A stretch of DNA of 64,000 bases from Eledone cirrhosa (GCA_964016885.1 OZ024741.1:203112001-203176000); one strand, 5' to 3'; shown: positions 39,864 to 53,109, counted from the first letter of the stretch. Translations and numbers: made by a program. Notes: generated from the letters alone by a model not told the origin.

Positions 39864-40118
39864 GTGTAGAAGGGTGAATGTGGTAGATATGACTGAACAC
39901 TTGATAGCGTCAATATATCCTGCGATGGAATGGCGTGACAAGCAATTTGTTATCTAAGTGAATGGAGAGAATGAATGACAAACAAAAGGCAATTTAATTG
40001 GCAGACTGTCAATCCAGAAAAGTTAACCGTTAATCTATGGATAATTATAATTTGATGAATTTGGAAATTGCCAAATGTTATTTTATTAGCAAACAGAAGT
40101 ATATTATGATGGAAGTAT

Positions 40119-40295
40119 CAGACCTGCCAACCTCTAAAAGCCCAAACGAGTAGTACCATTAAAAAAAGGCCTCCAAAAGGGGAGAAATTCGCCAAAAATA
40201 GGGAGATTTTTCATAATGAAAGCCATACCCATTTTCACAAGAGAAGACATCTCTCACACATCCCAAAATGAGTGGGAGATCTCCCCGTCCGATTG
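40119..40295 (-). mobile_element. MITE family copy, one TIR
   Basis: CAGACCTGCCAAC at 40119; the body is the reverse complement of 24641-24835. Confidence 0.8.
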
Positions 40296-40547
40296 GTTAA
40301 AACAATGAACAGGAAGAGAGAAAAGAGAAAAAAGAGAATAGAAAGAAAACTTATATAATAGAAAAGGGGAAAGAATGGGTGAAACTGTACAGCATTGTCT
40401 GGAGAGTATATCGCAGCTGTACTCCTCGAATAAAATAGTGAAAATGGGTTAATTTAAAGTACAATAAATCCCAAGCCATAATCTATTTTACATGCTTTCA
40501 TTACGCTTCTATTATGAATCACACTATGATAGTGTTACTGCTAACTA

Positions 40548-40733
40548 ATTATTTCTACTTTTGGCATAAGGCCAGCAATTATCCCAATGCATAACTGGTA
40601 CTTTATTTTATCGGCCCCGTAAGGATGAAAGGCAAAGTTAACCTAGGCGGGATTTGAACTCAAACCGTAAAGGGCAGTAACTCTATGTTGCAAAGCATGG
40701 AGTCCGACCCTCTACCGATACTGTCAATCCACA
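40548..40733 (-). mobile_element. SINE family A
   Basis: Reverse complement of the consensus. Confidence 0.9.
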
Positions 40734-41108
40734 AACCTGCATTGTATGCAAATGAACAACTCCTTAAATGTACCATACGCACATTCCATATAAGTTGTAC
40801 CTTATTTCGCCTCGATAGCTGTGGTGTGATCACAGTTAAAACACCAATAGCAAGACTTACATATGTTTATTATACATAAGCATATACGCCTCTATTAATA
40901 TCTATTCAACCAATTCCAAAATGAATGGATTTCAACAATTTAATTCAGTGGAAGAAAAAAACACACACAAAAAAAAAAAAAACGATGAAGACATTTTTCG
41001 TTCTTTACTTCCCCCCTTCCTTTTCCTCCATTATTTTGTTATTTTCTCTCTTCTTCCTTGCTTCCTTTCCCTCTCCGTTAGTTTAGCTGGCATTATGGAT
41101 GGTAGTAG

Positions 41109-41293
41109 GGTGGTGGATTGGCAGTATCGGTAGAGGGTCGGACGCCATGCTTTCCAGCATAGTTACGTCCCTTTACGGTCTGAGTTCAAATCCCGCCGAG
41201 GTCAACTTTGCCTTTCATCCTTACGGGGTCGATAAAATAAAGTACCAGTAATGTACTGGGTTATTGATGGCCTTGTGCCGAAAGTAGAAACAA
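41109..41293 (+). mobile_element. SINE family A with TSD
   Basis: Near-consensus copy; TATGGATGGTAGTA on both flanks. Confidence 0.92.
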
Positions 41294-41306
41294 ATATGGA
41301 TGGTAG

Positions 41307-41347
<41 letters not shown>

Positions 41348-42149
41348 ATATATATGTGTGTGTGTTGTAAGGGTAATAGTCTATATATAATTTATATATG
41401 TGTGGGTGTATGGAAGATAGTTGTACAAACATTAAACTAAAACTACACAGCGACCAACTCCGGCAGCTAACAGGTGTCTGGCTGGCAGGCTGTGATGGAA
41501 TTGGGACAAACATTACAGCACTTCTTCCTGCTAATCTTAATTCTTACCCATTTACATTTTACTCTTATCAACTTCTCTATTTCGCTCTGTTTGCATCTTA
41601 GGAGCCTTCCATCATATTTTTCTTTATTTTATATTTTATAGCTCATTTCTGCCGAAATCCTTTCTTTTATCGTTATCTATATAGCATAGCCTGTCTACCC
41701 TCTCTCTTCTATTTCCTCACATCTCTCATTACATCTTTAAATTCATTATGTTTTTTCATTTATCACTTAATCTTTAGCGTTTCCTCGCGAAATATCTAAA
41801 GGGAGGTTGGGAGTTTTTTTAGAATATTAAAGAACTCAACTGAAGCTGTCACATTTAGTTTCAACACTACATCTCTCCATAACGCTATTTTTTTTATGTG
41901 TATTTAAGTCTACACTAGTTTGGTTATAACTTCTCATTTAGTAAGTTCCATTGCCCCACCCTAAAGTCACTTGACGGTTCGGTACTGTGACTTTTGTCTT
42001 TTTCTTCTAATCCCCTCCTTCCATTTCTCCCTCTAAACTCTCACCCTTTCTTCCACTCAATTCATACCTTCCCTCCTATCCTTACTTTCACACTCCTCCT
42101 ACACTTATTTCCACACTCCTCTTACCCTTCCTACTACACTCCACTTAGC

Positions 42150-42285
42150 CTTTCTTCCACTCTCTTCCTACTCTTTCTCCCACTCTCTTCCTACTCTTTC
42201 TCCCACTCTCCTCCTACTCTTTCTCCCACTCTCCTCCTACTCTTTCTCCCACTCTCCTCCTACTCTTTCTCCCACTCTCTTCCTA
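42150..42285. repeat. 23-bp pyrimidine-rich minisatellite
   Basis: CTCTTTCTCCCACTCTCCTCCTA, about 5 copies. Confidence 0.85.
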
Positions 42286-42597
42286 TCTTTTGTTTCACTC
42301 TCTTTCTACCCTTTCTTCCACTCTCCACTTACCCTCTCCCCTACTCTTTACCTGATCGCTCCCCGTATTCCTCCTATCCGTTCACTTCCTCTAGCTCTCT
42401 ATCTCTCTTCTTTCTGCCTCCTGCCTTCATTCCACCCCAACGACATGTCTCTCGCCTTCACTCTTTTAACATATCACCAATCAATAATACGAACAACCAG
42501 AAGAGCCACAACGTAACACAGTAACAGGGAGTTCAGATACCACAGCAAAGTACTACAGATGTCGAAGAGTTTCACTTATAACACTTATAACCAAACA

Positions 42598-42683
<86 letters not shown>

Positions 42684-42769
42684 ATATATATATAAATCGA
42701 TATATATATATAAATCTTTGGATTTTAGTCTTCACATTTATTATTATTACTATATATATATATAAGAAA

Positions 42770-42955
42770 AAATATGACCCCGACGGCAGAGTTCAAGCCG
42801 TTTCGACGGCTATTTCTGAGTCCAGAAATAGCCATCGAAACGGTTTGAGCTCTGCCGTCGGGGTCATACTTTTTCCTATTCCCACTCTACTCCCCTAAGT
42901 ATTGAGTACTCTGGTGCGTTATGGTCCATCTGGTTCCTTACCACAATTCCTTTGC
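42770..42955. mobile_element. Fold-back insertion in (TA)n, GAAACGGC...GCCGTC family
   Basis: Arms ~42770-42818 and 42823-42875; the tail is shared with 11790-11870. Confidence 0.75.
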
Positions 42956-42957
42956 TA

Positions 42958-43003
<46 letters not shown>

Positions 43004-43070
43004 CAAGGTTTAGCAATTAAGAAAAAGTTTTAAAATAAAATTAAAAAAATTCACTGTACCTGCTATGGTT

Positions 43071-43154
43071 ACCTTTACCGTACGGTTTCGAGTCTCAAAA
43101 ATAAATGGATAGTCCTTACGGGCCTATTGAAAAGAAAGACTCTCGTCAGAAGGT
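43071..43154 (-). ncRNA. Complete type I hammerhead ribozyme
   Basis: On the - strand: ACCTT-CTGACGA-GAGTCT[loop]AGACTC-GAAA-CCGTACGG-TA-AAGGT. All three stems pair, the core is canonical and the cleavage triplet is GUA. Confidence 0.88.
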
Positions 43155-43983
43155 TCTTTTCACTCGGAGAATATAAAATTCCCGAGTTCGAATTACGAAC
43201 TGGCGCTATTCAAAATTGTTCCCGAGATGAGAATGAATGATGTAGAAGCAATTCTGTCCAGTGCCGTGTGCAAAGATAGAAGGCAGAGGCGGAAAGGTCA
43301 ATACACTACCACTAGAAATAGCAGCAGTCAAAACGACTAAATGTTATCTCGACCAGGGGGAGATTAATAATAATAAAGTATATATCCCTACACGCAAAAT
43401 ACATATAGGGACACATGTATTATCCAACCATATGCCAATGTGGTTCTATGGTGTACATATATATATATCGATCGACTTTCGTCAAATCGGACCGAGGAAA
43501 CAATGTTTCCATTGGTCTTTCCAGTTGTTAGTACTATCTATCGGTCGCAACTCCAGGTAGAAGGAGCAACGTGAAATAAAATGATTCGTCGAAACTGCAG
43601 GAGGGTGAGATCTGAAGAGAATTATATACTGTTTGTGACCTCTTCATTCTCATACATTCTTTTTCCTTCTTCCTATCTTCTTCCTTCGAGTCAACTCACA
43701 TCTAGCCGCTGATCTCTGTCCTTCGAGACAATATTTTGGTGGCATTTTGCTGTTCTAACAGCTTTCATTCGCCGAGTTTTCCCATTTTCCTGAGTATATA
43801 TATATATATATATATGACTAAAGAAATTTAAGCCTGATAGTGGGGTTTAATTTAAAACTCTCTAAAAAATCGAAAAGGCTGAGTATTGACACGTTAATAT
43901 TCCTCATTTCCCATTTTTTAGAGGGCTTTAAACCACACTATCAAGCTAAAATTTCGTTTGTAAATGATACGGCGAAAGCTTCT

Positions 43984-44152
43984 AATTATACTAAATTTCA
44001 AACTTAGCTCGCTGTTTCAAAAGAAACTTACTTGTCAATACCCCCCCCCCCCCCCTCCCCCACACACATATATATATATATATATATGTGTGTGTGTATT
44101 AACAAGTAAGTTTCTTTTGAAACAGCGAGCTAAGTTTGAAATTTAGTATAAT
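43984..44152. repeat. Inverted repeat around C(n)/(TA)n, followed by (ATTTAGTATA)x4
   Basis: Arms ~43984-44041 and 44096-44152. A second, more diverged inverted repeat lies at ~43822-43957. Confidence 0.75.
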
Positions 44153-44202
44153 TTAGTATAATTTAGTATAATTTAGTATAATATATATATATATATATAT
44201 AT

Positions 44203-45097
44203 ACTAGCATTAAAGCCCGGCGTTGCTCGGGGTCATTAAGTTACCAAAGTTAGGTTGCACCACCCATTTTATGGCAGCACTTTTTTGTCTGCCAGGCACT
44301 GGGTGAATGAATTGCAGACCTGGAACCAGGAGCTGCGCCAGCAGTGGCAATTGTAGTTTCGCCTATGGATATTATCTCTGTGCAAAAAAGTGTTGAAATT
44401 TATTGTTTCACAGTACTTGCGCAACACGCGCGTAGACGATGCCAGCCGAACAACAGAGCTGCGATGGAGTTGTTCTGCATGGTTGTCTGTGTGTTTTCTA
44501 AATTTAAGACAGTAGGGAGGGTTGTGATATGAGGGAGAGTTAGCTGTTGTTTCTAGCAGGTTTAGTGACCTCATAGAGGATATGTGTTTTCTAAATTTAA
44601 GACAGTAGGGAGTGGTGTGATATGGGGGAGAGTTAGCTGCTGTTTCTAGCAGGTTTAGTGACCTCATAGAAGATATGTTTTCTAAATTTAAGACAGTAGG
44701 GAGGGGTGTGATATGGGGGAGAGTTAGCTGCTGTTTCTAGCAGGTTTAGTAACCTCTTGAGGATATGTGTTTTCTAAATTTAAGACAGTAGGGAGTGGTG
44801 TGAACGGACAGTATCACCATCAAGCTTGGAAAGAGAAAGTAGCAGAAAGTATGAAGTTGTATAGATTTTGAATGGTAGTAGAAAGAGTTCAGCAGTTTAA
44901 ATGAGAGAGAAAAATCGTAAAATATTGAGTTTTATCTATTTTTTGCGTAATTGTGGGTGAAATTGAAAATATTATCTGCGTCAAGACGCAATCGAAGCTA
45001 TTTCGAATACTGAATTGTAAATTTTAATTGAAGAAATTCTATATCGTAGATTTCTATAACGAAGGAGCATGACCACACACTGAGCTATATAGATTAT
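44203..45097 (+). mobile_element. Non-autonomous Helentron/DINE-1-like element with internal ~92-bp tandem array
   Basis: Starts ACTAGC...GCCCGGCGTTGCTCGGG (subterminal hairpin) and ends TATATAGAT. About 3.4 tandem units at 44489-44803. Confidence 0.55.
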
Positions 45098-45305
45098 GAT
45101 ATATAACTATACATCTATCCGTATAGTTTATAATGCGCCGAAACAACCGTGACCCGTAGTAAACTACTGACGAAGAGGGACTGCCCATCTCTTATATATA
45201 TATATATATATTAAAGAGTTAAACAAGATTCAATGAGTACATCAAAGAATAAGTTTTACAGTAGATTGGAAGCACTCTACAGAAAATATTTTCCAGAGTT
45301 ATTAA

Positions 45306-45610
45306 TATTAAAATACAAATATTAATAAAATAGATGTTCTTTTAATCAATTAAATTTTATTATACATATTTCAGAGGTATAACAGTACGTCCTCATCAGA
45401 CAAAATATAATGATACATGACATACCCTGAGATGTTAATTGGTTAGAATTTAATCAAGGTAGTACCTTGATTAAATCTTAACCATTTAATATCTCAGGGT
45501 ATGTCATGTATCATTATATTTTGTCTGATGAGGACGTACTGTTATACCTCTGAAATATGTATAATAAAATTTAATTGATCAAAAGAACATCTATTTTATT
45601 AATATTTGTA

Positions 45611-45618
<8 letters not shown>
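45306..45618. mobile_element. 313-bp palindrome with paired hammerhead motifs
   Basis: Centre at 45462 (1-nt spacer). CTGATGA 45525-45531, GAAA-TATG-TA 45552-45561, then AATAAA. The mirror copy is on the - strand, and the right end runs into (TA)n. Confidence 0.8.
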
Positions 45619-45668
<50 letters not shown>

Positions 45669-45790
45669 AAAATGTGTGAAATCCTTGGTACAGTTAGGTA
45701 TATTTAAAAAAAAAGAAAAGAATGACTTCACTTGTAGTTCTAAACATTTAATTTAATTTTATAATATTATAATTTTACAATTTGGTTTTG

Positions 45791-45823
<33 letters not shown>

Positions 45824-47637
45824 TTGTATGTATACACGCACGTATGAATGTGAGTATGAGCATGCGTGCTAGTATGTGTACTTGCTTGTGTGTGAAGATA
45901 ACATACATAAGAAGGGAGAGAAAGATTGAAATCAATAAGATAAAGGATTTTAAAATGTATGTAAATTTATATGTAATACACATTAATGTGTTTATACATA
46001 TCTGTAAACATTTATACAGAAATATTTACGTATATGTGAATATTTGCATACATGTAGAGGCTGTCAGTATAACAGAAAACCACTGGCAAACTGCAAATCA
46101 CTCTTATTCCATACAATCACGCACACAGTTAAATTCTTACTCGTGCACTCACACTCATACACATACACATAGTAGACACAAATACACGCACACTGTAGAT
46201 ACAATAACACACACACACACACTCACAGAGATACACCCAACCACACACAATGTAGATGCGAGTACTTACAGGTTAACACCCACACTGAGGCACACACAAC
46301 CACACATATTGTAGACAGAAGTATTTTCTCTCACACACAGACAAGCTTACATAGTCACGCACACCCTAAACACAATCAGATAGACATATTAGTACACATA
46401 AGCACACATATTGACACAGACACACGCATAGATACCCACAGACACAGAAACACATTTTGTAGATAATTTCATAATGGTACATATATCAGTACATATTCAC
46501 AGATACACACATTCACACATATAATTACAGAAACACATAGAAGCACATATTAGCACACGTGAACCAATGAAACTGACGGACCAAATCACGAGGTAATTCC
46601 GTAATGGTACTTCAAAAATAAAAAAAAGTATGTTTACCAAACTTCGTTGTCATACGAAAACAGAAAAATGAAATATATAGGCACATATGTACGTATGACT
46701 TCGAATTGAGAATAGTTTATTTTTAGAAAGCTTTAACATTAAAGTGACAAAACAATGGGTTAATTTTATATTTGATAAACAACAATTAATTAGAAAAGGC
46801 TATAATTTCAACGAGAAAGTCCTGTGTATAATGTAATGTCCAGGTGGTCATGCTGAGTAGCCTCGTTGTATCTAGACCAAGCTAAAGGATAGTTTTCAAT
46901 ATGATAGGCGTCATAACTATATCAGTTCTTTAGAATATAATTAAAAAGAAAAATAAGAGCACAGGAATAATAAAGCTGCGAAAGTGAGAGACCAGCAGGA
47001 TGGCAGTTTAAGTAAGATATGGGGTAAGGGTGAGGGAAACTACAAGAGTAAACTTATATTCGGTTAGTAACCACTCTTGCTAATTCTGGGAAACACATGT
47101 TTCTTTCTGATCAAATCCAGCCGTTGTCTCGCCACCGTTTTAGAGCAACATGTGTCGTTGTGTCTGAGGCGGTATCGGTGACAAATTCCGGTCTTGCTTC
47201 TCTCCTACCTCTATAACCTTCCTCTCATTTACATGGCACGTGCCAGCAGTCATGCGCAAAACCAATGACCATTCACGCGTAATTGCAGCTTGTCAGCTAT
47301 AATAGAAACAATTGTGTAAAGATGTCACTTTGGCCATAAATTCCCTTTCCATCTAAAAATTCAAATTTGTCGAAGATAATTCTGTGAAGTTAACATATGG
47401 AAAAGATCAAATATACCGCCTGGGATATCCCTTGTCTTCTACTAGAGCCATATTTCTGACACGTGGGATATCCCTTGTCTTCTACTGCAGTAGCCATATT
47501 TTTGACACATGGAGCAGGAATTGCTGAGTTTAAGTCACTTTGAACCTCAACTGTAATCTATTATTATTATCATTATTATTAGGTTCTTCATTCCAGCAAT
47601 TTGACATCCCACTATAATGTCACTGTGACATTTCACT

Positions 47638-47638
47638 T

Positions 47639-47699
<61 letters not shown>
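47638..47699. repeat. (ACT)n microsatellite
   Basis: Direct reading. Confidence 0.95.
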
Positions 47700-47937
47700 G
47701 ATATAGTAGGAAAAGACTTTGTGTTTCAAACACTAATCCTTCATTAGAAGAGAGAATGAGAAATATAAGATGAGCTAGAAAGATAGAAAGTGAGAAGAGG
47801 AAGGAGCGGAAAAAAGAAGAAGCACGTACGTATTAAGTCAGCCACGTTAGTGTGCGATCGACCTGGTCATTTACAGTGTGGTCATTACATAGCTGAGGTG
47901 TCGGTAGAGAGACCATGTCATTATAAAGCTGAGGTAA

Positions 47938-48152
47938 GGGCGGTGGATTGGCAGTATCGGTAGAGGGTCGGACGCCATGCTTTGCAGCATAGAGTTATGG
48001 CTCTTTATGATCTGAGTTCAAATCCCGCTGCGGTTAATTTTGCCTTTCATCCTTACGGGGTCGATAAAATAAAGTATCAGTCACGCACTGGGGTCGATTT
48101 AATCGATTTTCCCTTCCCCCAAATTGCTGGCCTTGTGCCTATATAAGAAACC
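47938..48152 (+). mobile_element. SINE family A, long form
   Basis: Consensus including the GGGGTCGATTTAATCGA segment; AGCTGAGGT on both flanks. Confidence 0.92.
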
Positions 48153-50154
48153 TCTATATAGCTGAGGTCCTGGTAGACAAGGCAGATAATTATACAGCAT
48201 AGACTACGTTAAAGTAGTACCGGAAATATTTACGTGATGAATGATTGATCTATTTTATGTTTATTTTTGAGTTACAATTACTAGAGATTCTAATGCAATC
48301 CACTATAAGCTTTTGTGCTAAAAAATAAACTTATTTAGTAATATGAGCTTGTTTTAACATACATGTGATAACATATTAATGTTATTATTTTTGTATCAAA
48401 ATAGTAAATCATTAATTAATTAGAGCTGAGCGAGCAAACCTAAGCCATTTCTGTAATCAATGCTCCAAATATACCCAAGAGTAAAAATCCAAATATATCT
48501 TGGTCAATATAATATCCCATAGTGTAGGTGATGTGAACGGCTTTATAAACCAGGTCACAACAAAATTTTCACCATAGTTGTCAGGGCGTCGGACTCGGTA
48601 TTTGTTTCAGCTCATTGCGCTCTGAGGTCAAATCCTGTCGAGGTCAAGATGTAGGTCAAATTTCATCTTTTCGTACTGGTGTTGGTTCTCTCTCTGGAAG
48701 AAGCCATCTGTTTTCAGATATAGAGTGGAAATCCCTCCGCCAGGTTTAAAATGCCCAAGACACGCCGTGTGTCATTATGGTGCTCCTACGACCCCATCAA
48801 GAGTTAAGGACCGTTTATTTTACTTTATAAGCCAGACAATATCAAATATCCCCCCGATATATATGTATAAAAAGAATTATCAGGAGCATTTTGTTTATAT
48901 GAAATTATCATTTCTTTCATAAGTATTTTGGTAGAACATTTTACCATGTTTCTGAGCTGTGTGTATTGTAGCTAGTAGCTCCAGTGACAGGTTTTCTCAT
49001 GGGAAGCAATTTTTTTCAGATTACTATTCAAGAAAAGTCTGTTCATCTTTCACCTGACTGATTTCATACTAGAATGTGCATAAATATACTCTGATTTATT
49101 CCCTTGATGCTACTTCGAATACCACAATCTTTCATAATTCTCTGCAAATTTCATCAGGGACGAGGTTTCTTTAACCTCTTTGAAAAATTGAGGTATTATT
49201 TCATAGGTGCCAACTATCTAGCAGATCTGACTGTTTAAAATTGTTTTAATATGATTTCCACTACTTCAGCTTGAAAATAAAGTACCAGTCGTCTATTCGT
49301 ACATTGTTTTATGACTCATACCTTCTCCCAACTAAAAATAAACCTCATTATATTGATCTAGCATAGGAAATCATTAATGTTTCAATGTTACGTGTTTGCG
49401 AAGCTAAATTCTTAACCACTTATCTAGGCTTGCGACTATTGGATAAATTGCTTCTGAAAATGTGATTAGCTGTTCACTGTAGAAGCCCATTATTTTCAGA
49501 TTTAAATCTCTGTTCTTCTTCCGTAAGACATCGAGGTGTCATAATCGTTAAGACATTGGAAAGAATGCTTTGTGGTACTTATTTCGACACTCTGCACTCT
49601 GAGGCCAAGCTGCTTTTAATCCTTTCGGGGTCTACAAATAAAGTACCAGTCAACTTAAACTATAACCAGCTCTAATGTGTGTCTTTATTGGCAGAATGAC
49701 CACACCCAAACTATACATATTTTTATACGAAGCTTTGAGGAAATTGGAAATGTAGTCGTCCCAATGCAACTGATTATAAGAATAGTTGATCCCTATGAAT
49801 AATAATTGAGAAAAGCGGGTAAAATATCTCTAAAGGCGGAAAAACTGGAGAGATATAGTGATCGACTGCATTTTAAATTTTCCCAATGCTTATTAAGTCA
49901 AACGGTTGTTTACACTTCTAGTTACAATCTTATATTCTTTTAAACACGGTAATAACTAACCAATAACCCTTTAGTAATGGTTAATGCACTCATCCGGAAT
50001 CTAAAATATGCAGGGTTCTATTCCTCGCAGACGCATCTCTTTACCCTTTTCAGTCTCCAGGAGTACTTTACCCAATATTTTCAATTATTATATATGTACT
50101 GATCGACTATTGTTATAGTTATTTGCGCTGGAACACTTACATTATATATATATG

Positions 50155-50302
50155 TGAGTCCCGGGTTAAATCGGAGGTAACCACAGTAAGTGAAGTACTC
50201 AATAGTAGAGTATATACAAAATTTAATACAAAAATGGCTTCTGCAGGACTAGAACTGTTTCATTCGTAAGGAATCACCAGTTTTAGTCCTGTAGTAGCCA
50301 TA
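50155..50302 (-). mobile_element. PLE-type terminal remnant with hammerhead core and short inverted arm
   Basis: On the - strand: CTGGTGA-TTCCTTACGAAT-GAAAC-AGTTCTA-GTC. Homologous to 11141-11270 and flanked by (TA)n. Confidence 0.65.
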
Positions 50303-50368
50303 TATATATATATATGAGTACAGAAATAGCCGTCGAAACGGCTTGAGCTCTGCCGTCGGGGTCAAACA

Positions 50369-50435
<67 letters not shown>

Positions 50436-52156
50436 GTTTGTATATGTATAATAAAGCCAAAACAATGCAGGTATGGACATAGAATAAAGAATGCAAATGC
50501 AAAAGATATTGTTGACAATTAGTCTTTTACCTTAGATTTATTTAAATATCCTTAATTTTGGAAATAATATCTCTTCTTCGGAGGGAAGTAAAGCGGTTAA
50601 ACCAGTGTTCTAAATAGCTTGCCAAGTCATGCTGACAGGAAATGGTATAGAGTAGCTGTTCTATCTCTAATGTCAAAGAGTTAAGGTTAGGTGGATAAAG
50701 AGTAGTCTCCCTTTAAAAGGGTTTTTTTTGTACATGCCTGTTTAAGTGTGTGGGAGAATGTGTGAGGTGTAAGTATGTGTGTGTGTGTGTGTGTGTGTGA
50801 GTGTATACGTATATGTGGGGGATAGATGTTATCTCGTGTTAGAACTGGTCTTTGTGTGTGTATGTGTGTGTGTGAGTGAGAATAAGTGGAGGTGTAAGTG
50901 TGTGTGTGTGTGTATGTGTGCGTGTGTGTGTGCGTGTGTGTGGGAGGGAGGGTGTAAATATGGGGCTAGATGCTATATCAAGTTATAAATTGGGTGTTGA
51001 GTTCTAGTCTATTATTGATTGGTGGTTGTGTTTTGTCTATAATTAGTGCTTTCTTAATTCTAAGATTGCCGAGGTTTCTTTCCTTACTTTCTATCCTAAC
51101 TGTTATGGTTTTGTCGGTGTTTTTGCATTTAACTAGGTGTTTCTTAAATGAGGAAGCGTTAGTATTGAGGTGTTCTTTTATTCTTATGTGGAGTGGTCTG
51201 GTGGTGCTACCTACGTAGAGGTTGCTGCATTTGTCGCACTCTAGTCTGTATACGACGTAAGCCTGGTGGCATAGGTCTGTGTCGTTGATGGGGCAGTTGG
51301 CTAGCCTGCAGCGGTTGTCATGTCTGGTGGAGTGTCTTTTGGTTAGCTGTCCGAGTAGAGAAGGACCTGAATGGGCCAGTTGGATATCTAGTCCCTCTCG
51401 TCTGATAGCTCTGCGGATGGCTGTTGTCCTTGTGGGAGGTTCAGGAAGCAAGTGTTAGTGCCTCGGTGTGGTGTCCTCTGTTCTTTCTGGCACGGTTTGT
51501 GGTGGATGTCGTGTATCCGTTCAGTTTGAGTACTTTCAGGAAATGTGTGGTGTGTGTATCTCGGTCTCTAACGTCGGTGCATTTGTTCCGGATACGTGTT
51601 AACTCCTTCCTTATGTATTCGGTCGATCTGAAATGTACGAACAGGTCCCTGCTGGCGGCTTTTTTTATAGAAGCAAGTGTGGATGTTGCTTTCCTCTGTT
51701 ACCCTGAGTTGGAAGTCCAGTAGGGATAGGGATCCGCGGTCATCGGGGTGTTCCATGCTGAACTTTATACTGGCATCCATGCTGGAGAATGTTGTGTATA
51801 TTTTATCCGCCTCCTCACGGGATGATGTAAGGATGAGTATGTCATCTACATATCGGGTGAAGAAGGTATGGGAATGGCAGGTGTTGTGGGCTCGGCATTC
51901 TAGCTGGTTCATATAGGTGATGGCCAGCAGGCCCGATAGGCTGGATCCCATGGGTAATCCTGTTGTCTGTCTGTATGTGTGGTGGTGGAAAGTGAAGTAC
52001 GTGTTGTCCACTGTGAAGGACAAAAGGTGGTGTATGTCCGTCGGAAGGAGGCCGTAGCAGTGGATGTCCTCTGCGACCACGCAGTCCGTCAATAAATCGA
52101 CAGCTGGATGAGCGGGGACTGTAGTGTAGAGGGAGACAACGTCGAAGCTAAAGGCG

Positions 52157-52157
<1 letters not shown>
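50436..52157 (-). mobile_element. Penelope-like retroelement, 5'-truncated: RT + GIY-YIG endonuclease + 3' UTR
   Basis: RT motifs [33 protein letters not shown] and LSLLDF. Endonuclease CPI...C...VVYRLECDKCSNLYVGSTTRPLHIRIKEH...PPINNR. Frameshifted, with (TA)n on both sides. Confidence 0.95.
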
Positions 52158-52420
<263 letters not shown>

Positions 52421-52625
52421 TATGTACACGTGCATACATATATGTATACAGACGTACAGTAGTATGTATATATATATATATACATACATGCACACATATA
52501 TATATGTACGTATGGATTCACCGAACATTTATTATAATGCTCGGTGTGTTTGTAAACAAACATCCCGTATTAAGCCGTAGTGTCTAGCGACCATCGTTGC
52601 TCGTTTGTTCAACACTGACAAAGGA

Positions 52626-52668
52626 ACGCTGTACTAGTTTCAAGCTTATTAGCTATCGTCAGCAACGT
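52626..52668 (-). ncRNA. Minimal type I hammerhead ribozyme
   Basis: Exact reverse complement of 53110-53152. Confidence 0.85.
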
Positions 52669-53109
52669 ATACCTTCCTGCCAGATTGTTGAACGTATATA
52701 TTTACCTTATGCATATTACCGGCTGAGTAGCCCAATTTGCATATCGAGTGGGTTAATCCGCCGGGTGCACCGAAAACGATAAACGGAAAAAATAAAAATA
52801 AATTTCATCTCCCACTCTTAGTACGGCTGTTACTTACGTACATATATATATGTGTGCATGTTTGTATATATATATATATACATACTACTGTACGTCTGTA
52901 TACATATATGTATGTACGTGTACATACTTATATTTAAGTAACAGCCGTACTAAGAGTGAGAAATGAAATTTCGTTTCATTTTTCCGTTTATCGTTTTCGG
53001 TGCGCCCGGCCGATTAACTCACTCGATATGCAAATTAGGCTGCTCAGCCGTTAATATGCATAAGGAAAGTATATAATTTCAGACGTTCAATCATCTGGCA
53101 GGAAGGTAT

